Below are positions 18,400-29,186 of a stretch of DNA of 64,000 nucleotides, in pieces (position 1 is the first letter of the stretch; each line of letters opens with the position of its first letter). Under the pieces are notes generated by a model that saw nothing but the letters and a program-made list of their open reading frames with translations, was not told the origin of the DNA and ran no database searches. The stretch spans positions 32,001-96,000 of the IMG/VR virus record IMGVR_UViG_3300032241_002567. One strand, written 5' to 3'. A program made the position numbers and the translations under genes. The DNA is from a virus.

Positions 18400-18866
18400 A
18401 TGAATTATTTATTAAAATATATTTTGTTTGAAAGAAATAAAAATGATAATATATTATACCATGGAAGTCTTAAAAAATATGATATTTTAAAACCATTTAA
18501 ATCATCATTGATAAATGATGAACAGTTGTTTTTGCTACTAATAAAAAATGGATTGCGTTATGTTTTATAATAAAATTCAAAGATTCTGATATAGAAGTTG
18601 GATTTATAAATGATACTCCATATATAATGGAATTAAAAAAGAATGCTTTTGATATTTTTAAAACAAAAGGGTTTATACATAAAGTTAATAAAAAAGGATT
18701 TAAAAGTAATAAAAATTTAGGATTAAAAGGAACTGAATTTATAAATAAATCACAAGTGAAAGTTATAGATTCAGAAGAAATTGATGATGTTTATATGGCT
18801 CTTAAAAATACAGAAGTGTTTTTAATACCTTACGATATATCTCTAATAATAAAAGAAAAAAATTAG
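18400..18866 (+). pseudogene. Frameshifted ART-fold-like gene with MNYLLKYILFE tag
   Basis: The frame from 18400 (ILYHGS...INDE) joins by a -1 shift near 18522 to TVVFATNKKWIALCF...MELKKNAF...TEF. The two track ORFs are one gene. Confidence 0.7.
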
Positions 18867-19600
18867 TGTTTATCTATAAATTTTAATTCTATATTACCTT
18901 CTAAATCTTCAATTATATAAGAGCATGATTCTACGAAATCTCCTGTATTATAATACTCACCAAGTATTATTTCTGGGCTATGTGTATGTCCTATCATTAT
19001 AGAATCACAACTTTTGTTTTTTACAAGTTCCATAGATGCTTTTTTATATTCAGTTAAGAATTTTATTATATTTTTAACTTTCTTTTTTATATAAGCAGAA
19101 AAACTCCAATAATTTAATCCTAATAATTTTCTTATTTTATTATATACCCAATTTATTTTCATAGACAACTCATAACCTAGATCGCCTATTAAATAAAGTA
19201 ATTTATGCGTGGCTACAAAACCATCAAAACAATCTCCATGAACCAATAATATTTTTTCATTTTTAATTGAGGTGTAAATACATTCATCACATATTAAAAT
19301 ATTTCCAAGATTTATATTTCCTTCCTTTATTAAATCTCTAATGTAGTAATCATGATTGCCTATCAATAGTGTTATTTGAACTCCATTTCTACTATATTTA
19401 AGAACTTTTTGTATAACAGTAGAGTGATCTTGATTCCAATAAAATTTTCTTTTTAAAGAAGTAAGATCCAAAAAATCACCTATAATAAATAATTTTTTAA
19501 ATTCATATTGCTTAAAAACTTCTAATAATTTATCAGCTTGTGAATTTTTGTTACCCAGATGTATATCGCTAATGAATAAACTTTCTATTTTAATTTTCAT
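18863..19600 (-). CDS. Metallophosphoesterase, UDP-2,3-diacylglucosamine hydrolase (LpxH)-like
   Basis: ISDIHLG, IGDFLD, GNHD, HGDCFD, GHTH, NTGDFVESCS. Confidence 0.88.
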   Translation of the reverse strand: MKIKIESLFISDIHLGNKNSQADKLLEVFKQYEFKKLFIIGDFLDLTSLKRKFYWNQDHSTVIQKVLKYSRNGVQITLLIGNHDYYIRDLIKEGNINLGNILICDECIYTSIKNEKILLVHGDCFDGFVATHKLLYLIGDLGYELSMKINWVYNKIRKLLGLNYWSFSAYIKKKVKNIIKFLTEYKKASMELVKNKSCDSIMIGHTHSPEIILGEYYNTGDFVESCSYIIEDLEGNIELKFIDKH

Positions 19601-19838
19601 ATTTCCATTTTCTTTTTAATACTGGTAAAGATTTTTCATCTATAAACTTATTTAAATAATCAAATATGGTGTTACCACAAATAGTTAAACTAGCATATCC
19701 TCTATTATTAATTCTTACTTTGGTTCTTACTTTCTTTATTAAATTTATTTTATTTAATATTAAATTTAAAAAATCAAACCATGAACTATGTATAAAATTA
19801 TAATCACTCGAAATAAATAAAGTTTTGATTTTTTGCAT
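19590..19838 (-). CDS. Small hypothetical protein (possible LAGLIDADG remnant)
   Basis: Likely start MQKIK; ends LPVLKRKW. Confidence 0.35.
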   Translation of the reverse strand: MQKIKTLFISSDYNFIHSSWFDFLNLILNKINLIKKVRTKVRINNRGYASLTICGNTIFDYLNKFIDEKSLPVLKRKWKYEN

Positions 19839-19886
19839 AGAGGACTTTTTATTATCTAATATATATAAATAATAAAGTTTCCAATT

Positions 19887-20843
19887 ATGAAAATTCTTTA
19901 CGGTATACAATGCACAGGCAATGGACACTTAACTAGATCAATTAAAATTATCAATAAATTGAATCTGTTAGGACATAAAGTAGATATTCTTTTGTCTGGA
20001 AAAAATTTCGAATTAGAATTTCCATTTCCTGTTAAATATCGTTTTAAAGGTTTTACTTTTTATAACACTAAAAGTGGTGGTATAGATTATTTAAAAACTA
20101 TTCTATCATTTGATTTAATTGATTTTATTAAACATATTAAATTAGATTTGAAAAATTATGATAAAGTTATAACTGATTTCGAACCAATTACAGCATGGGC
20201 TTGTAAATTACAAGAAAAATCTTGTTATGGTATATCTAATCAATATTCTTTTATTAGTAAAAAGACGCCAAGAAATGGTAAAGATTTATTAGGGGAAACT
20301 ATTTTAAAATGGATGGCACCTGTTGAAACTCCAATAGGATTGCATTATAAAAAATATGATAATTTTATACATAAACCTATTATTAATGATGAGATAATTG
20401 AAATAAAACCAGTAGATGCTGGACATTATACTGTTTATTTACCTTCTTATAGTTTAGTTAAAACAATTGAGGAATTAACATGTTATAATAATAAATTTCA
20501 AATTTTTCACTCTGATATAAAAACAGTATATCGTTTTAAAAATTGCATAATTTATCCAATTGATCACAAAACTTTTGTAGATAGTTTTAGAAATTCACAC
20601 GGTGTAATTACTAATGCTGGATTTCAAACTTCCTCAGAAGCACTTTATATGGGTAAAAAATTAATGGTTATTCCAGTAAAAGGACAATATGAGCAAGAAT
20701 GTAATGCCAAAGCGTTAAGTGATATGGGTATAATAACTGGCAAATTAGAAGATGTAGAATTATTTTTACAATCCGATAAAATTATATTTGATAAATGGAA
20801 CGATCCAACTAATCAAATATTAGAAATTATACTTTCCTCATAA
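19887..20843 (+). CDS. GT-B glycosyltransferase (MJ1255/VC2487-like, GT28-related)
   Basis: MKILYGIQCTGNGHLTRS, ITDFEP, NAGFQTSSEAL, GQYEQECNA. Confidence 0.9.
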   Translation: MKILYGIQCTGNGHLTRSIKIINKLNLLGHKVDILLSGKNFELEFPFPVKYRFKGFTFYNTKSGGIDYLKTILSFDLIDFIKHIKLDLKNYDKVITDFEPITAWACKLQEKSCYGISNQYSFISKKTPRNGKDLLGETILKWMAPVETPIGLHYKKYDNFIHKPIINDEIIEIKPVDAGHYTVYLPSYSLVKTIEELTCYNNKFQIFHSDIKTVYRFKNCIIYPIDHKTFVDSFRNSHGVITNAGFQTSSEALYMGKKLMVIPVKGQYEQECNAKALSDMGIITGKLEDVELFLQSDKIIFDKWNDPTNQILEIILSS

Positions 20844-21759
20844 AAGTATAAAGTTTAAAGATTTTATTTCCTTTTACTATAGAAGAATCTTCGGCAACTT
20901 TTTTTAAATCTTTGCCTGTAATAGTTTGTAAAACTTTAAATTGTCCAACATTTTCAACATTAACTTGATTTCCTTTTTCTCCTTCTGTTCCAAGAATAGC
21001 AATGTAATTTTCACCATAAATAGATTTTAAGAAAGTAATTCTCAAATTAGCAGCATTTTGTTCGTTTTTAATATACTGATTTTCATAAGGTTCATCTAAA
21101 TTAAGTTCAGTATTGGTATTAATAACTTTAATTTTAGTAGGTTGTGTTTTAACTTCTGGTTGAAGTTGAATATCGGTTCTACTTTGTATTTCTTCTGCTT
21201 TTAAAAGAGTTTCTTGATTTCTTCTAATTTCATTAAAGTCGGCACGAGCAATAATTCCACCACGCATTCCTTTATCATACATATTATAACCTGCTGGTGG
21301 TAATCTATAAAATGAGCCAGTAAATATAATAGATTTAATCCTATCATATCTAAACATTCTCCAAATTTTTTCAATATTTCTATTATTTGAAACAGACCAA
21401 CCTTTTAAGTGATATCCTCTAATTAATAATTTACCAACTGATGAGCGACCAAAAACCATAGGATAAATAACTCTTTCGTGTCCTACCGTATGGTCATCTT
21501 TGGCTCCTTTATAAGTAATTAAAAAAATCATACCATATTTAATAGCTTTAATAATTAAATCTTCTGTTGGAGCAATAGGTTTATTTATGGGTATATTTTG
21601 GAAACCTTCAACATTACCTAATGAAAAACGAGGAGCACTAGCTCCACCAGACGGTATGTATTCATTATCTTCGAAAACGAAATATTTTGGTTTTAATACA
21701 AATTCAACTGATTCAGAATTTTCATGAAGAAGAATATTGGATAATTTTTCTAATATCAT
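20827..21759 (-). CDS. WYL-domain protein
   Basis: ITY...ERVIYPMVFG...LIRGYHL...WRMFRYDRIKSI. Confidence 0.7.
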   Translation of the reverse strand: MILEKLSNILLHENSESVEFVLKPKYFVFEDNEYIPSGGASAPRFSLGNVEGFQNIPINKPIAPTEDLIIKAIKYGMIFLITYKGAKDDHTVGHERVIYPMVFGRSSVGKLLIRGYHLKGWSVSNNRNIEKIWRMFRYDRIKSIIFTGSFYRLPPAGYNMYDKGMRGGIIARADFNEIRRNQETLLKAEEIQSRTDIQLQPEVKTQPTKIKVINTNTELNLDEPYENQYIKNEQNAANLRITFLKSIYGENYIAILGTEGEKGNQVNVENVGQFKVLQTITGKDLKKVAEDSSIVKGNKIFKLYTFMRKV

Positions 21760-21798
21760 AGATTATATATTAAAAAATAAGATTTAATATATAGTAAT

Positions 21799-22563
21799 AT
21801 GAAAAAGAAAATTTCTAATTCACAAGAATTGAATCATTATTATAATTTGGTTAATACTAAATTAAAAAAATATTCAGAAATGGATATTTCTCCTGAAAGT
21901 ATTGCTAAATATTTAGCACCTGGAACACAAAATTTTAATAATTTTATTAGCGAAGATGATGATTTAAAAGATGTAGATGGTATTGAAGTTGTATTGAAAG
22001 ATATAATACAAGATACTTATGCTGCCTTTAAAGATGGTTTATTTAAAAAGATTCAAAAAGGTTATGTTAAAAAATTTGAAAATTATGCTATAAATGAAAA
22101 TATTTTCAATTTTGAAACTAATGAAGAAGATGTTAAACATCACCAAAAAGCTTTAGCAGATATTTATAAGACTAGTTTATCTTATATAGATATAATTAGA
22201 AAGGATATACATTTATATTATGTAAATGATGAAGGTATAATAAGAAATGTTATGGTATTTACACAAGAAGAATTAGATAAGGTAAAAGAGAATATATTAA
22301 AAGAGTTAGTAAATAGCACTAAAAATAAGTATTATCTTTTTAATGATATACATGCGATTGGATTTGAAATTAATAAAAAAATTAAGATTGAAGATATTTT
22401 AAATTATGATAAATTAAAAGGACTTTTAAATAAAGAAATTACCGAAGATGATGTAGTCGAAACAATTGCGGCTAATTATGGTGGTTTAAATTTAGAAGTT
22501 AAATCTCATAAAAAAACTAATCTTAATTCAAAAAACTATTATTTATTTGAGGTAGATGCATGA
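21799..22563 (+). CDS. Hypothetical late protein
   Basis: TAATATATA upstream; internal YVKKFENYAINE tag-like motif. Confidence 0.7.
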   Translation: MKKKISNSQELNHYYNLVNTKLKKYSEMDISPESIAKYLAPGTQNFNNFISEDDDLKDVDGIEVVLKDIIQDTYAAFKDGLFKKIQKGYVKKFENYAINENIFNFETNEEDVKHHQKALADIYKTSLSYIDIIRKDIHLYYVNDEGIIRNVMVFTQEELDKVKENILKELVNSTKNKYYLFNDIHAIGFEINKKIKIEDILNYDKLKGLLNKEITEDDVVETIAANYGGLNLEVKSHKKTNLNSKNYYLFEVDA

Positions 22564-22564
22564 T

Positions 22565-22888
22565 ATGAAATATTTATCAATTTTTGAATTGTATAATCCG
22601 TGGTATGTTCCGTTAGAAAAATGCGAAACAGGTAAAATATGTTATCCTGATAAAAAAACGGCAGAAACTCAAAAGAATTTACTAAATAAAAATATAGAAA
22701 ATAAATCCAAAATGTATAAAAGATTAGGTGGATTTATTAAAAATGTGTATCTATGTAAAATGTGTGGCAATTGGCACTTAACTACAACTTCTGAAGAAGA
22801 AATGATGCAAACAAGAATAGCAGCATTACATCATCAACCCTTAAAACATTTACAAAGTTTTCAAAAATATATGAAACATGAAGATTAA
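22565..22888 (+). CDS. Small Zn-binding protein with MKYLSIFE tag
   Basis: CETGKICY...YLCKMCGNWHLTT. Confidence 0.65.
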   Translation: MKYLSIFELYNPWYVPLEKCETGKICYPDKKTAETQKNLLNKNIENKSKMYKRLGGFIKNVYLCKMCGNWHLTTTSEEEMMQTRIAALHHQPLKHLQSFQKYMKHED

Positions 22889-23121
22889 TAGTTAAAATAA
22901 GTATTTTCATGATCTAAAATTTTAGTTTTAAAATCAATTAAAACCTGGCATTTTTCATATTCTTCTAAATCTTCGAAATATAAAACCATATTATCTATAA
23001 TTTTAATATTATATGGTTTTTTATTTATGTCTAAAAATTTACCAGATTTAATTCTTTTAAAGTTACTTTCCATTTGAAAATTGAATGCAGAATCAACAAG
23101 TTTATCTATAAGTTTTTTCAT
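22885..23121 (-). CDS. Small protein with UVR-like helical hairpin
   Basis: YFEDLEEYEKCQVL. Confidence 0.55.
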   Translation of the reverse strand: MKKLIDKLVDSAFNFQMESNFKRIKSGKFLDINKKPYNIKIIDNMVLYFEDLEEYEKCQVLIDFKTKILDHENTYFNY

Positions 23122-23202
23122 TTGTTATAATTTTGTTAAAGATACGAAAAATTATATTTAAAAAAGAATATGTTTTTTTAATATATAAAAATAAAACCAT
23201 TT

Positions 23203-24207
23203 ATGTCAACATACGGTGTAACAGGCTCATTAACTTATTCTGTCAGCTATCCTAGTTTAGATGCCATGATGACTGATTTAAAAGATAATAGTAGTGGTGC
23301 CATACAAGCCATTCAATTAAGAAATTCTGTTTTGACATTATGGGATATGTCTGGTAGTGGCTCTGCATCGTCAAATTCTATTTTTTATGGTAGTAATACT
23401 GCTAGCACAATTGCAATAGGTGGATTACCAGTTGGAACTTCTTTTAATCCTGCTATATCATTTCAACAACTATTTGATTCAATGTTTCATCCATATGTTG
23501 CACCAATTATATCTTCTTTAAGTTTAGGCAATTCTATTAGTGGACCTTGGTATAATCAATTATATTTGGAAAATGGAACTTCTTTGTCAAATAATATTTA
23601 TATTAATTGGAATATAATTCAAGGTAGTATTTTATTATCCTCTGTAATTAATAGTATTAAACAAACAGGTAATCCTTATTTCAGATATAATGGTAATGCT
23701 ACACAGTATTATAATGTTTTAGCAACACAAAGTGGTATAATTATTGTTGGTTCGCAATCTAATTCTACTCAATATATAAATTTAATTGTGAATGATGGCT
23801 TAAATTCGATAACAGCAACCGTAAGTGTTACCTTTTTAAATAAATTTTATTGGGGAAATTTTGCTACTAATCCAGCAACTTATAGTTGGAGTAATTCTGA
23901 TATTTCAAATCTTAATGGAGCAAGCGTTAGTTTGCCCGATATTTATGGTGTTTATAATAGTGGAAATATACTTACTAATACAAAAACCCAAACTTTAAAT
24001 GGAATAAATGGTTCTGGAAATTATTTAGTTTTTGCTTTTCCAAATTCATTTGGTACGCCTGTTTTTGTTACTAATGGCTTGGTAAATACAGCCTTTGGTT
24101 TTGCATCCGTTGTTTATACGAATACACATGGTGTAACACAATCATATAGTATTTGGTATTCAAATACTGTACAAAATTCGCCAATTACCTATTTTCAAAT
24201 AAATTAA
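23203..24207 (+). CDS. Virion structural protein (beta-rich, S/T/N-rich)
   Basis: Late promoter; paralogous C-terminal domain with 27089..28432 (FYWG/VYYG...YLVFAFP/YIMVP). Confidence 0.7.
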   Translation: MSTYGVTGSLTYSVSYPSLDAMMTDLKDNSSGAIQAIQLRNSVLTLWDMSGSGSASSNSIFYGSNTASTIAIGGLPVGTSFNPAISFQQLFDSMFHPYVAPIISSLSLGNSISGPWYNQLYLENGTSLSNNIYINWNIIQGSILLSSVINSIKQTGNPYFRYNGNATQYYNVLATQSGIIIVGSQSNSTQYINLIVNDGLNSITATVSVTFLNKFYWGNFATNPATYSWSNSDISNLNGASVSLPDIYGVYNSGNILTNTKTQTLNGINGSGNYLVFAFPNSFGTPVFVTNGLVNTAFGFASVVYTNTHGVTQSYSIWYSNTVQNSPITYFQIN

Positions 24208-24217
24208 ATAAATTAAT

Positions 24218-27037
24218 ATGTCTCAAAATACCGGAACACTTGTAACTTCAACTCTTAGACCAAATGATTCATTAGATCCAATAGCAGTCATATTTTCAAA
24301 TGAAGCTAAGGGCGGACATCATTCCTATATAACTTATGCTAGTTTATTAGCCGATCAAGCTTCTTATCCTAATAGATTTGATTTTGGTATGTTGGCAACT
24401 GTTTATGCTGATCCTACTGCTTCAAATAATAATACTTATATTTTACAATATAATTATGCTAGTACAGCTTCTTCTGATCCAAATAACTGGGTTCAGTATA
24501 GCAATATACCACAGATAAATACTTCTGAATGGCAAAATTCTGTAATTTCAAGAACAAGTTCTATACCATCTATAATTAATAATGGTGATAGATATTTAAT
24601 TACAGGTATAATTGGTGGAACATCGACAGACATTAAAAGCTACAATTGGAATGGACATGTTGATAATATTGCTACTTATGATAATAGGGTTAATTTTTGG
24701 AATTTTACTTTTCCAAGAGAAGGTATGACAGTTCGTGTTGATAACGAAAATGATGTTTTATATAAATATATTGGAATATATGCTTCTGGTGGAACTTGGA
24801 TAAAAGAATATGTTAATCAAGTTTATTCATTAACTGCATCATCAACTGATGGTATTAATTTTACCGCAAATGCTAACTTGGTTGGTTATTATAAACCTTC
24901 TGTTTTTTATACAAGATTTTTAACATCTAGTGTTGGACATAACATGTATTTTAATATAAATAATATAGGTTCAGCTTCAGTAGTAAAAATTATTGGAAAT
25001 ACTTTACAACCATCTCTTAGTAATGGTGATTTTAATACTTCAATTGAGTATCAATTAATATGGGACGGAAGTCAATTTCAAGTGCCATTTAATTCAAGTA
25101 TTACAAATATAGGAAATCCAGAAGTTGGAAATACATATTCTGGCGGTGTATATAATTGGAACACAAGTCCAAGTTTTACACCATCTACTTCTATTGGCAC
25201 AGCAATAGACAGATTTAATAAAATTCTAGCTGGTCTAGTTCCATCTCCTTCTCCAGTATTAACAAATATGCAACCTATAGTTGGTTTTAGTGGTAGATTA
25301 ACATTTCCAATAAGTCCATCGCTCGTAAATAATTTTAATCCAGCAACTCCTTCTGTTCCATCTGGCTATGGTTCGGTAGGCATAGATGGATTATTCTCAA
25401 GTAATGGAAATAGAATTGGTATTTTAGCTGCTACAACTAGTAGTAATCGAAATTTAACAATATCCGGTATAATTAATTTGAATAGTAGTGGGACAAGCAG
25501 TGGTATTCCTTATTATCAAAATTCATTTGCCGACGCAAATCATGGATATCTTTATTTAGTTGTTAATGGTTTAACTATATCAACAGCAACTTTATCTAAT
25601 TTAGGTTCAATAGATACTACTTTTGGTTTAACACAACCAGGTTTTATTTTATCAGCAGCAACCGCTTCAAAATTTGCAACTGGAGCTGAGTTTGAGATTT
25701 ATTATGGTAGAACAGGTTCATATTATATACCAAATACTTCATATTTAGGTCCATATTCATATACTTCTTCAATTGGTTTAACAGCTAATCAATTTGGTTT
25801 TACAAGAGGATATAATTATGTAAAAATAATTCAAGATACGACTACTAATATAATAAATGTCCCTGGAATAGATTTTGTTATAGATGATAATCCAACAAAT
25901 ATAACTATAACATCTAATTCAATATCTTCAACTATTGGACCATCATATTATACTTTATCTGGTATAAAATATTATAATTATATACAAACTACTTATACGA
26001 CTAATATTAATAATGGTTATGGAAGCATTTATGCTGATGGAAATGCTATAACTATTACTGATTATTCTAATTCATTATCGACAAATGCTTCACCTGCTAC
26101 AAATTTAGCTGATGTTTATCAAAGTTTTCCTACTTTGAGTTCTAATCCATCTAATTTTAGTAGTTTTCAAATAACACCATATGTTAAAACATGGAATGTA
26201 AGTGGGCCTAATTTAAGAAGAATAAATGATTCTATTGCTTTTTATATTAAACAAGTTAATAAACCAGCAGTTAATAATGGCTATTTTTCATTTAATACTT
26301 CTTCAGGCGGAGGTTCTAATATTACAGGATTAGTATTTGATAATATGATAGGACAACTTTCAGTTGGATATACTGAATATTTCAGAGAGGAAAGTTTTAG
26401 ATTAGCATATATAATTGGATATCCATATGATAATACAAATCAGATTTCTAATAATCCTTATAATCCGACAGCCTCTTTGGCTACAGTTAATACTAATGAT
26501 TTACAGATTTATAATAATGCTTTACAATATCCAACTATTAATTTTTCAACAATAGGCTCTTCTACACTAACTAATTTAAATTATGGAATTAGCAGTGCTA
26601 ATTATTCTGGACTTTCTGGTAATAGATATTATTATCGTTGGTTTTATTTTTCTGGTTATGGCGCTAATTATAATTTTACATTAAATTTTACTGCATCTAA
26701 TACAACTATAGTTCCTTTAACAACTGCATTAAGTGGAAATAATATTCATGTTGAAGTTAAATTGCCATTTTTTGGCAGCAGTAGTGGACCATACGGTGGT
26801 ATAACTGGCTGGTTAGATGCTGCAACTACATTAAATACAGGAACTTATCCTAATCCAATAAATGGGGCTGGATGTATGTCTTCGACTTTGCCAATATTAG
26901 GTGGATATAATATTCAAATTGGTTGGTCTGGAACAAATATAGGTTCTGGTGGAAGTAATGGCTATTTATTAATGAGAATATCGGCTCCTAGTAGTTGGTC
27001 TGGTAATATAAGACAAATAACTGTAACACCTTTCTAA
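24218..27037 (+). CDS. Virion/tail-fibre-associated protein with DUF2793-like domain
   Basis: GDRYLI...WNGHVDNIA...WNFTFPREGMTVRVDNE; S/T/N-rich. Confidence 0.7.
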   Translation: MSQNTGTLVTSTLRPNDSLDPIAVIFSNEAKGGHHSYITYASLLADQASYPNRFDFGMLATVYADPTASNNNTYILQYNYASTASSDPNNWVQYSNIPQINTSEWQNSVISRTSSIPSIINNGDRYLITGIIGGTSTDIKSYNWNGHVDNIATYDNRVNFWNFTFPREGMTVRVDNENDVLYKYIGIYASGGTWIKEYVNQVYSLTASSTDGINFTANANLVGYYKPSVFYTRFLTSSVGHNMYFNINNIGSASVVKIIGNTLQPSLSNGDFNTSIEYQLIWDGSQFQVPFNSSITNIGNPEVGNTYSGGVYNWNTSPSFTPSTSIGTAIDRFNKILAGLVPSPSPVLTNMQPIVGFSGRLTFPISPSLVNNFNPATPSVPSGYGSVGIDGLFSSNGNRIGILAATTSSNRNLTISGIINLNSSGTSSGIPYYQNSFADANHGYLYLVVNGLTISTATLSNLGSIDTTFGLTQPGFILSAATASKFATGAEFEIYYGRTGSYYIPNTSYLGPYSYTSSIGLTANQFGFTRGYNYVKIIQDTTTNIINVPGIDFVIDDNPTNITITSNSISSTIGPSYYTLSGIKYYNYIQTTYTTNINNGYGSIYADGNAITITDYSNSLSTNASPATNLADVYQSFPTLSSNPSNFSSFQITPYVKTWNVSGPNLRRINDSIAFYIKQVNKPAVNNGYFSFNTSSGGGSNITGLVFDNMIGQLSVGYTEYFREESFRLAYIIGYPYDNTNQISNNPYNPTASLATVNTNDLQIYNNALQYPTINFSTIGSSTLTNLNYGISSANYSGLSGNRYYYRWFYFSGYGANYNFTLNFTASNTTIVPLTTALSGNNIHVEVKLPFFGSSSGPYGGITGWLDAATTLNTGTYPNPINGAGCMSSTLPILGGYNIQIGWSGTNIGSGGSNGYLLMRISAPSSWSGNIRQITVTPF

Positions 27038-27088
27038 TAAGTAAGAGATTTAAAATTTAATATATAAAATAAATAAATTAAATTTTAA

Positions 27089-28432
27089 ATGGGGTTATCA
27101 TCACTTACACTGACAAATATTGCGTTTAAAAATGTAATAGGCAAAGCATTAGGATGGACAGCAAATGATTGGTATGTAGAGCAAAGACCTATTAGCTTTA
27201 ATATTACTTCTGATACGGTTTGGTTAGATACGATTAGTTCGACCCCATCAATTTCTGTTTCTAATAATATTGCCTTATCTGTAACTGCTTCTATGATTCC
27301 TGTTTCAGAATCACAACAAGGAAGCACATATCATGCTTATTTATTAATTTGGCCGCCAACACCACCTTCTGGTATAGATCCATTAACAGATGGAACTTTT
27401 TCTTATGGTTATGGTGTTTTAAGTGGTATATCATCAGGAAATACAATTAGAAATATTATACCAGATAAATTTGGAGTTGGTTATCGCCCAAATATATTAT
27501 TAACAGATAATACTATATTAAATCCTAATGATTCTAGGGCTTGGTATTTGCAATATAATGCTGGTGTATATTATCAGGATTCAATGCCTACCCCTAATCC
27601 AGCAACAGCATCAGTTTATGTCTATATTGGTAACACTTTAAAATCAAGACCAAATATACCTTATAATAATAGTAATTTAACTTCTAATAATGTTGGTGGT
27701 ATTTTAAGTAATACATCATTTAATAATGTTACTAGTAATGCTATATTTGATATGCTGCTTTATCCAGCTTTACAACCTAGTTTTATATCATTTAATATAC
27801 AAAATATTAATTCACCATACGAAATTGGATCCAATTTTTCATCAGGTTCATATACGATGAGTTATGTTATTGCTAATTCAGCAAGCATTATAAGTAATAG
27901 TATATATGCTTATGGACCGACAAATTCTATAATTTATGGACCGACAAATAATAATGGTATAATACCAAATACTTTTTTATCTACTTCTTATAATGTGCCT
28001 ACTAATTTAACTTATAGTATAAGCGCTCAAACTACAGCTGGTATAATAATAGAGACTTATTCAACCATTAGATGGAACTATGGAGTTTACTATGGTAATT
28101 CAACTCAATCTCTATTGACTGATTATCATAATTTTATAAGTTATCAAACTAGTTTGAATGGTTTGTCACTTGGAAGATATACTTTACCAGGTGGAACTTA
28201 TTCAACATATAAATATATTATGGTGCCTGATTCATTTGTAACAATTAGCAATATATTATGGAATGGCTTGCCAGTGGTATTGGCTGACTTAACAGATGGT
28301 TACACATTTAGTAGCAATAATTTGAATTATAATTTTATTAATTTTTCAAATGTTAATGGAATTTCATCGAATTATAAAATATATAGAACTAAGAATATGT
28401 TGGCGGCAACAATGTCAATAAATATTGTATAA
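27089..28432 (+). CDS. Virion structural protein
   Basis: Late promoter; composition as neighbours. Confidence 0.7.
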   Translation: MGLSSLTLTNIAFKNVIGKALGWTANDWYVEQRPISFNITSDTVWLDTISSTPSISVSNNIALSVTASMIPVSESQQGSTYHAYLLIWPPTPPSGIDPLTDGTFSYGYGVLSGISSGNTIRNIIPDKFGVGYRPNILLTDNTILNPNDSRAWYLQYNAGVYYQDSMPTPNPATASVYVYIGNTLKSRPNIPYNNSNLTSNNVGGILSNTSFNNVTSNAIFDMLLYPALQPSFISFNIQNINSPYEIGSNFSSGSYTMSYVIANSASIISNSIYAYGPTNSIIYGPTNNNGIIPNTFLSTSYNVPTNLTYSISAQTTAGIIIETYSTIRWNYGVYYGNSTQSLLTDYHNFISYQTSLNGLSLGRYTLPGGTYSTYKYIMVPDSFVTISNILWNGLPVVLADLTDGYTFSSNNLNYNFINFSNVNGISSNYKIYRTKNMLAATMSINIV

Positions 28433-28446
28433 AAAAAATTAAAAAA

Positions 28447-29184
28447 ATGGCAGGATATACAGGCTCGATACCACTCACAGGATTTATAGCTCCAACAGAT
28501 ACAGCAGATACTTATCCAGTTATTGATCCTTTATTTGGAATCGACGGTTTCAGAAATGTACCTACTGAAACTGATATGAACAACATACCTTTTAATAGAA
28601 GAAGACAAGGAATGGTGGTTGGTTGTAATGGAAGTGGAATTTATTATAAGTTATTACCTGGTCCTTGGACAGGAACAATTACGGATTGGAATAATTTTAT
28701 AACTTCGCCGTTAGCTGGAAATGTATCTAGAACGCAATATTTAATTGCGGGAGGTTCTGTAAGCATACCACAGAATTATCAGTATTTGGTATACGGTGGG
28801 CTTATCATTGGCGCTTCAGGCTCATTACAAAATGATGGTAGAGTAATTATAATCAATGGAACTTTATCTTTTGTAGGCAATGGTACTTACTCAGGAGCCG
28901 GAACATTAACCTATTTAACTGATTTCAGTAGATACAATGATTTAACAGGACCCGTACCAAACTGGAATGCAACACCTCCAAGTGTAAAATATTCAGCAAG
29001 TTTTAGTAGCACTGCTAATGTTCCATTAACTATTACACATGGATTAGGAACTACTGATATAGTATATTCTGTAAGAGAAAATAATAATTTCATCACATCT
29101 AATATACAAATCAATGATTTAAACTCAGTTATATTAACTACTGATGCGACAATAATAAATGGAAGGATAAATATTATAGGATAA
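28447..29184 (+). CDS. Virion structural protein (ITHGLGT C-terminal domain)
   Basis: RRRQGMVV motif; ITHGLG domain shared with 29187 (ITHNLN). Confidence 0.65.
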   Translation: MAGYTGSIPLTGFIAPTDTADTYPVIDPLFGIDGFRNVPTETDMNNIPFNRRRQGMVVGCNGSGIYYKLLPGPWTGTITDWNNFITSPLAGNVSRTQYLIAGGSVSIPQNYQYLVYGGLIIGASGSLQNDGRVIIINGTLSFVGNGTYSGAGTLTYLTDFSRYNDLTGPVPNWNATPPSVKYSASFSSTANVPLTITHGLGTTDIVYSVRENNNFITSNIQINDLNSVILTTDATIINGRINIIG

Positions 29185-29186
29185 AA

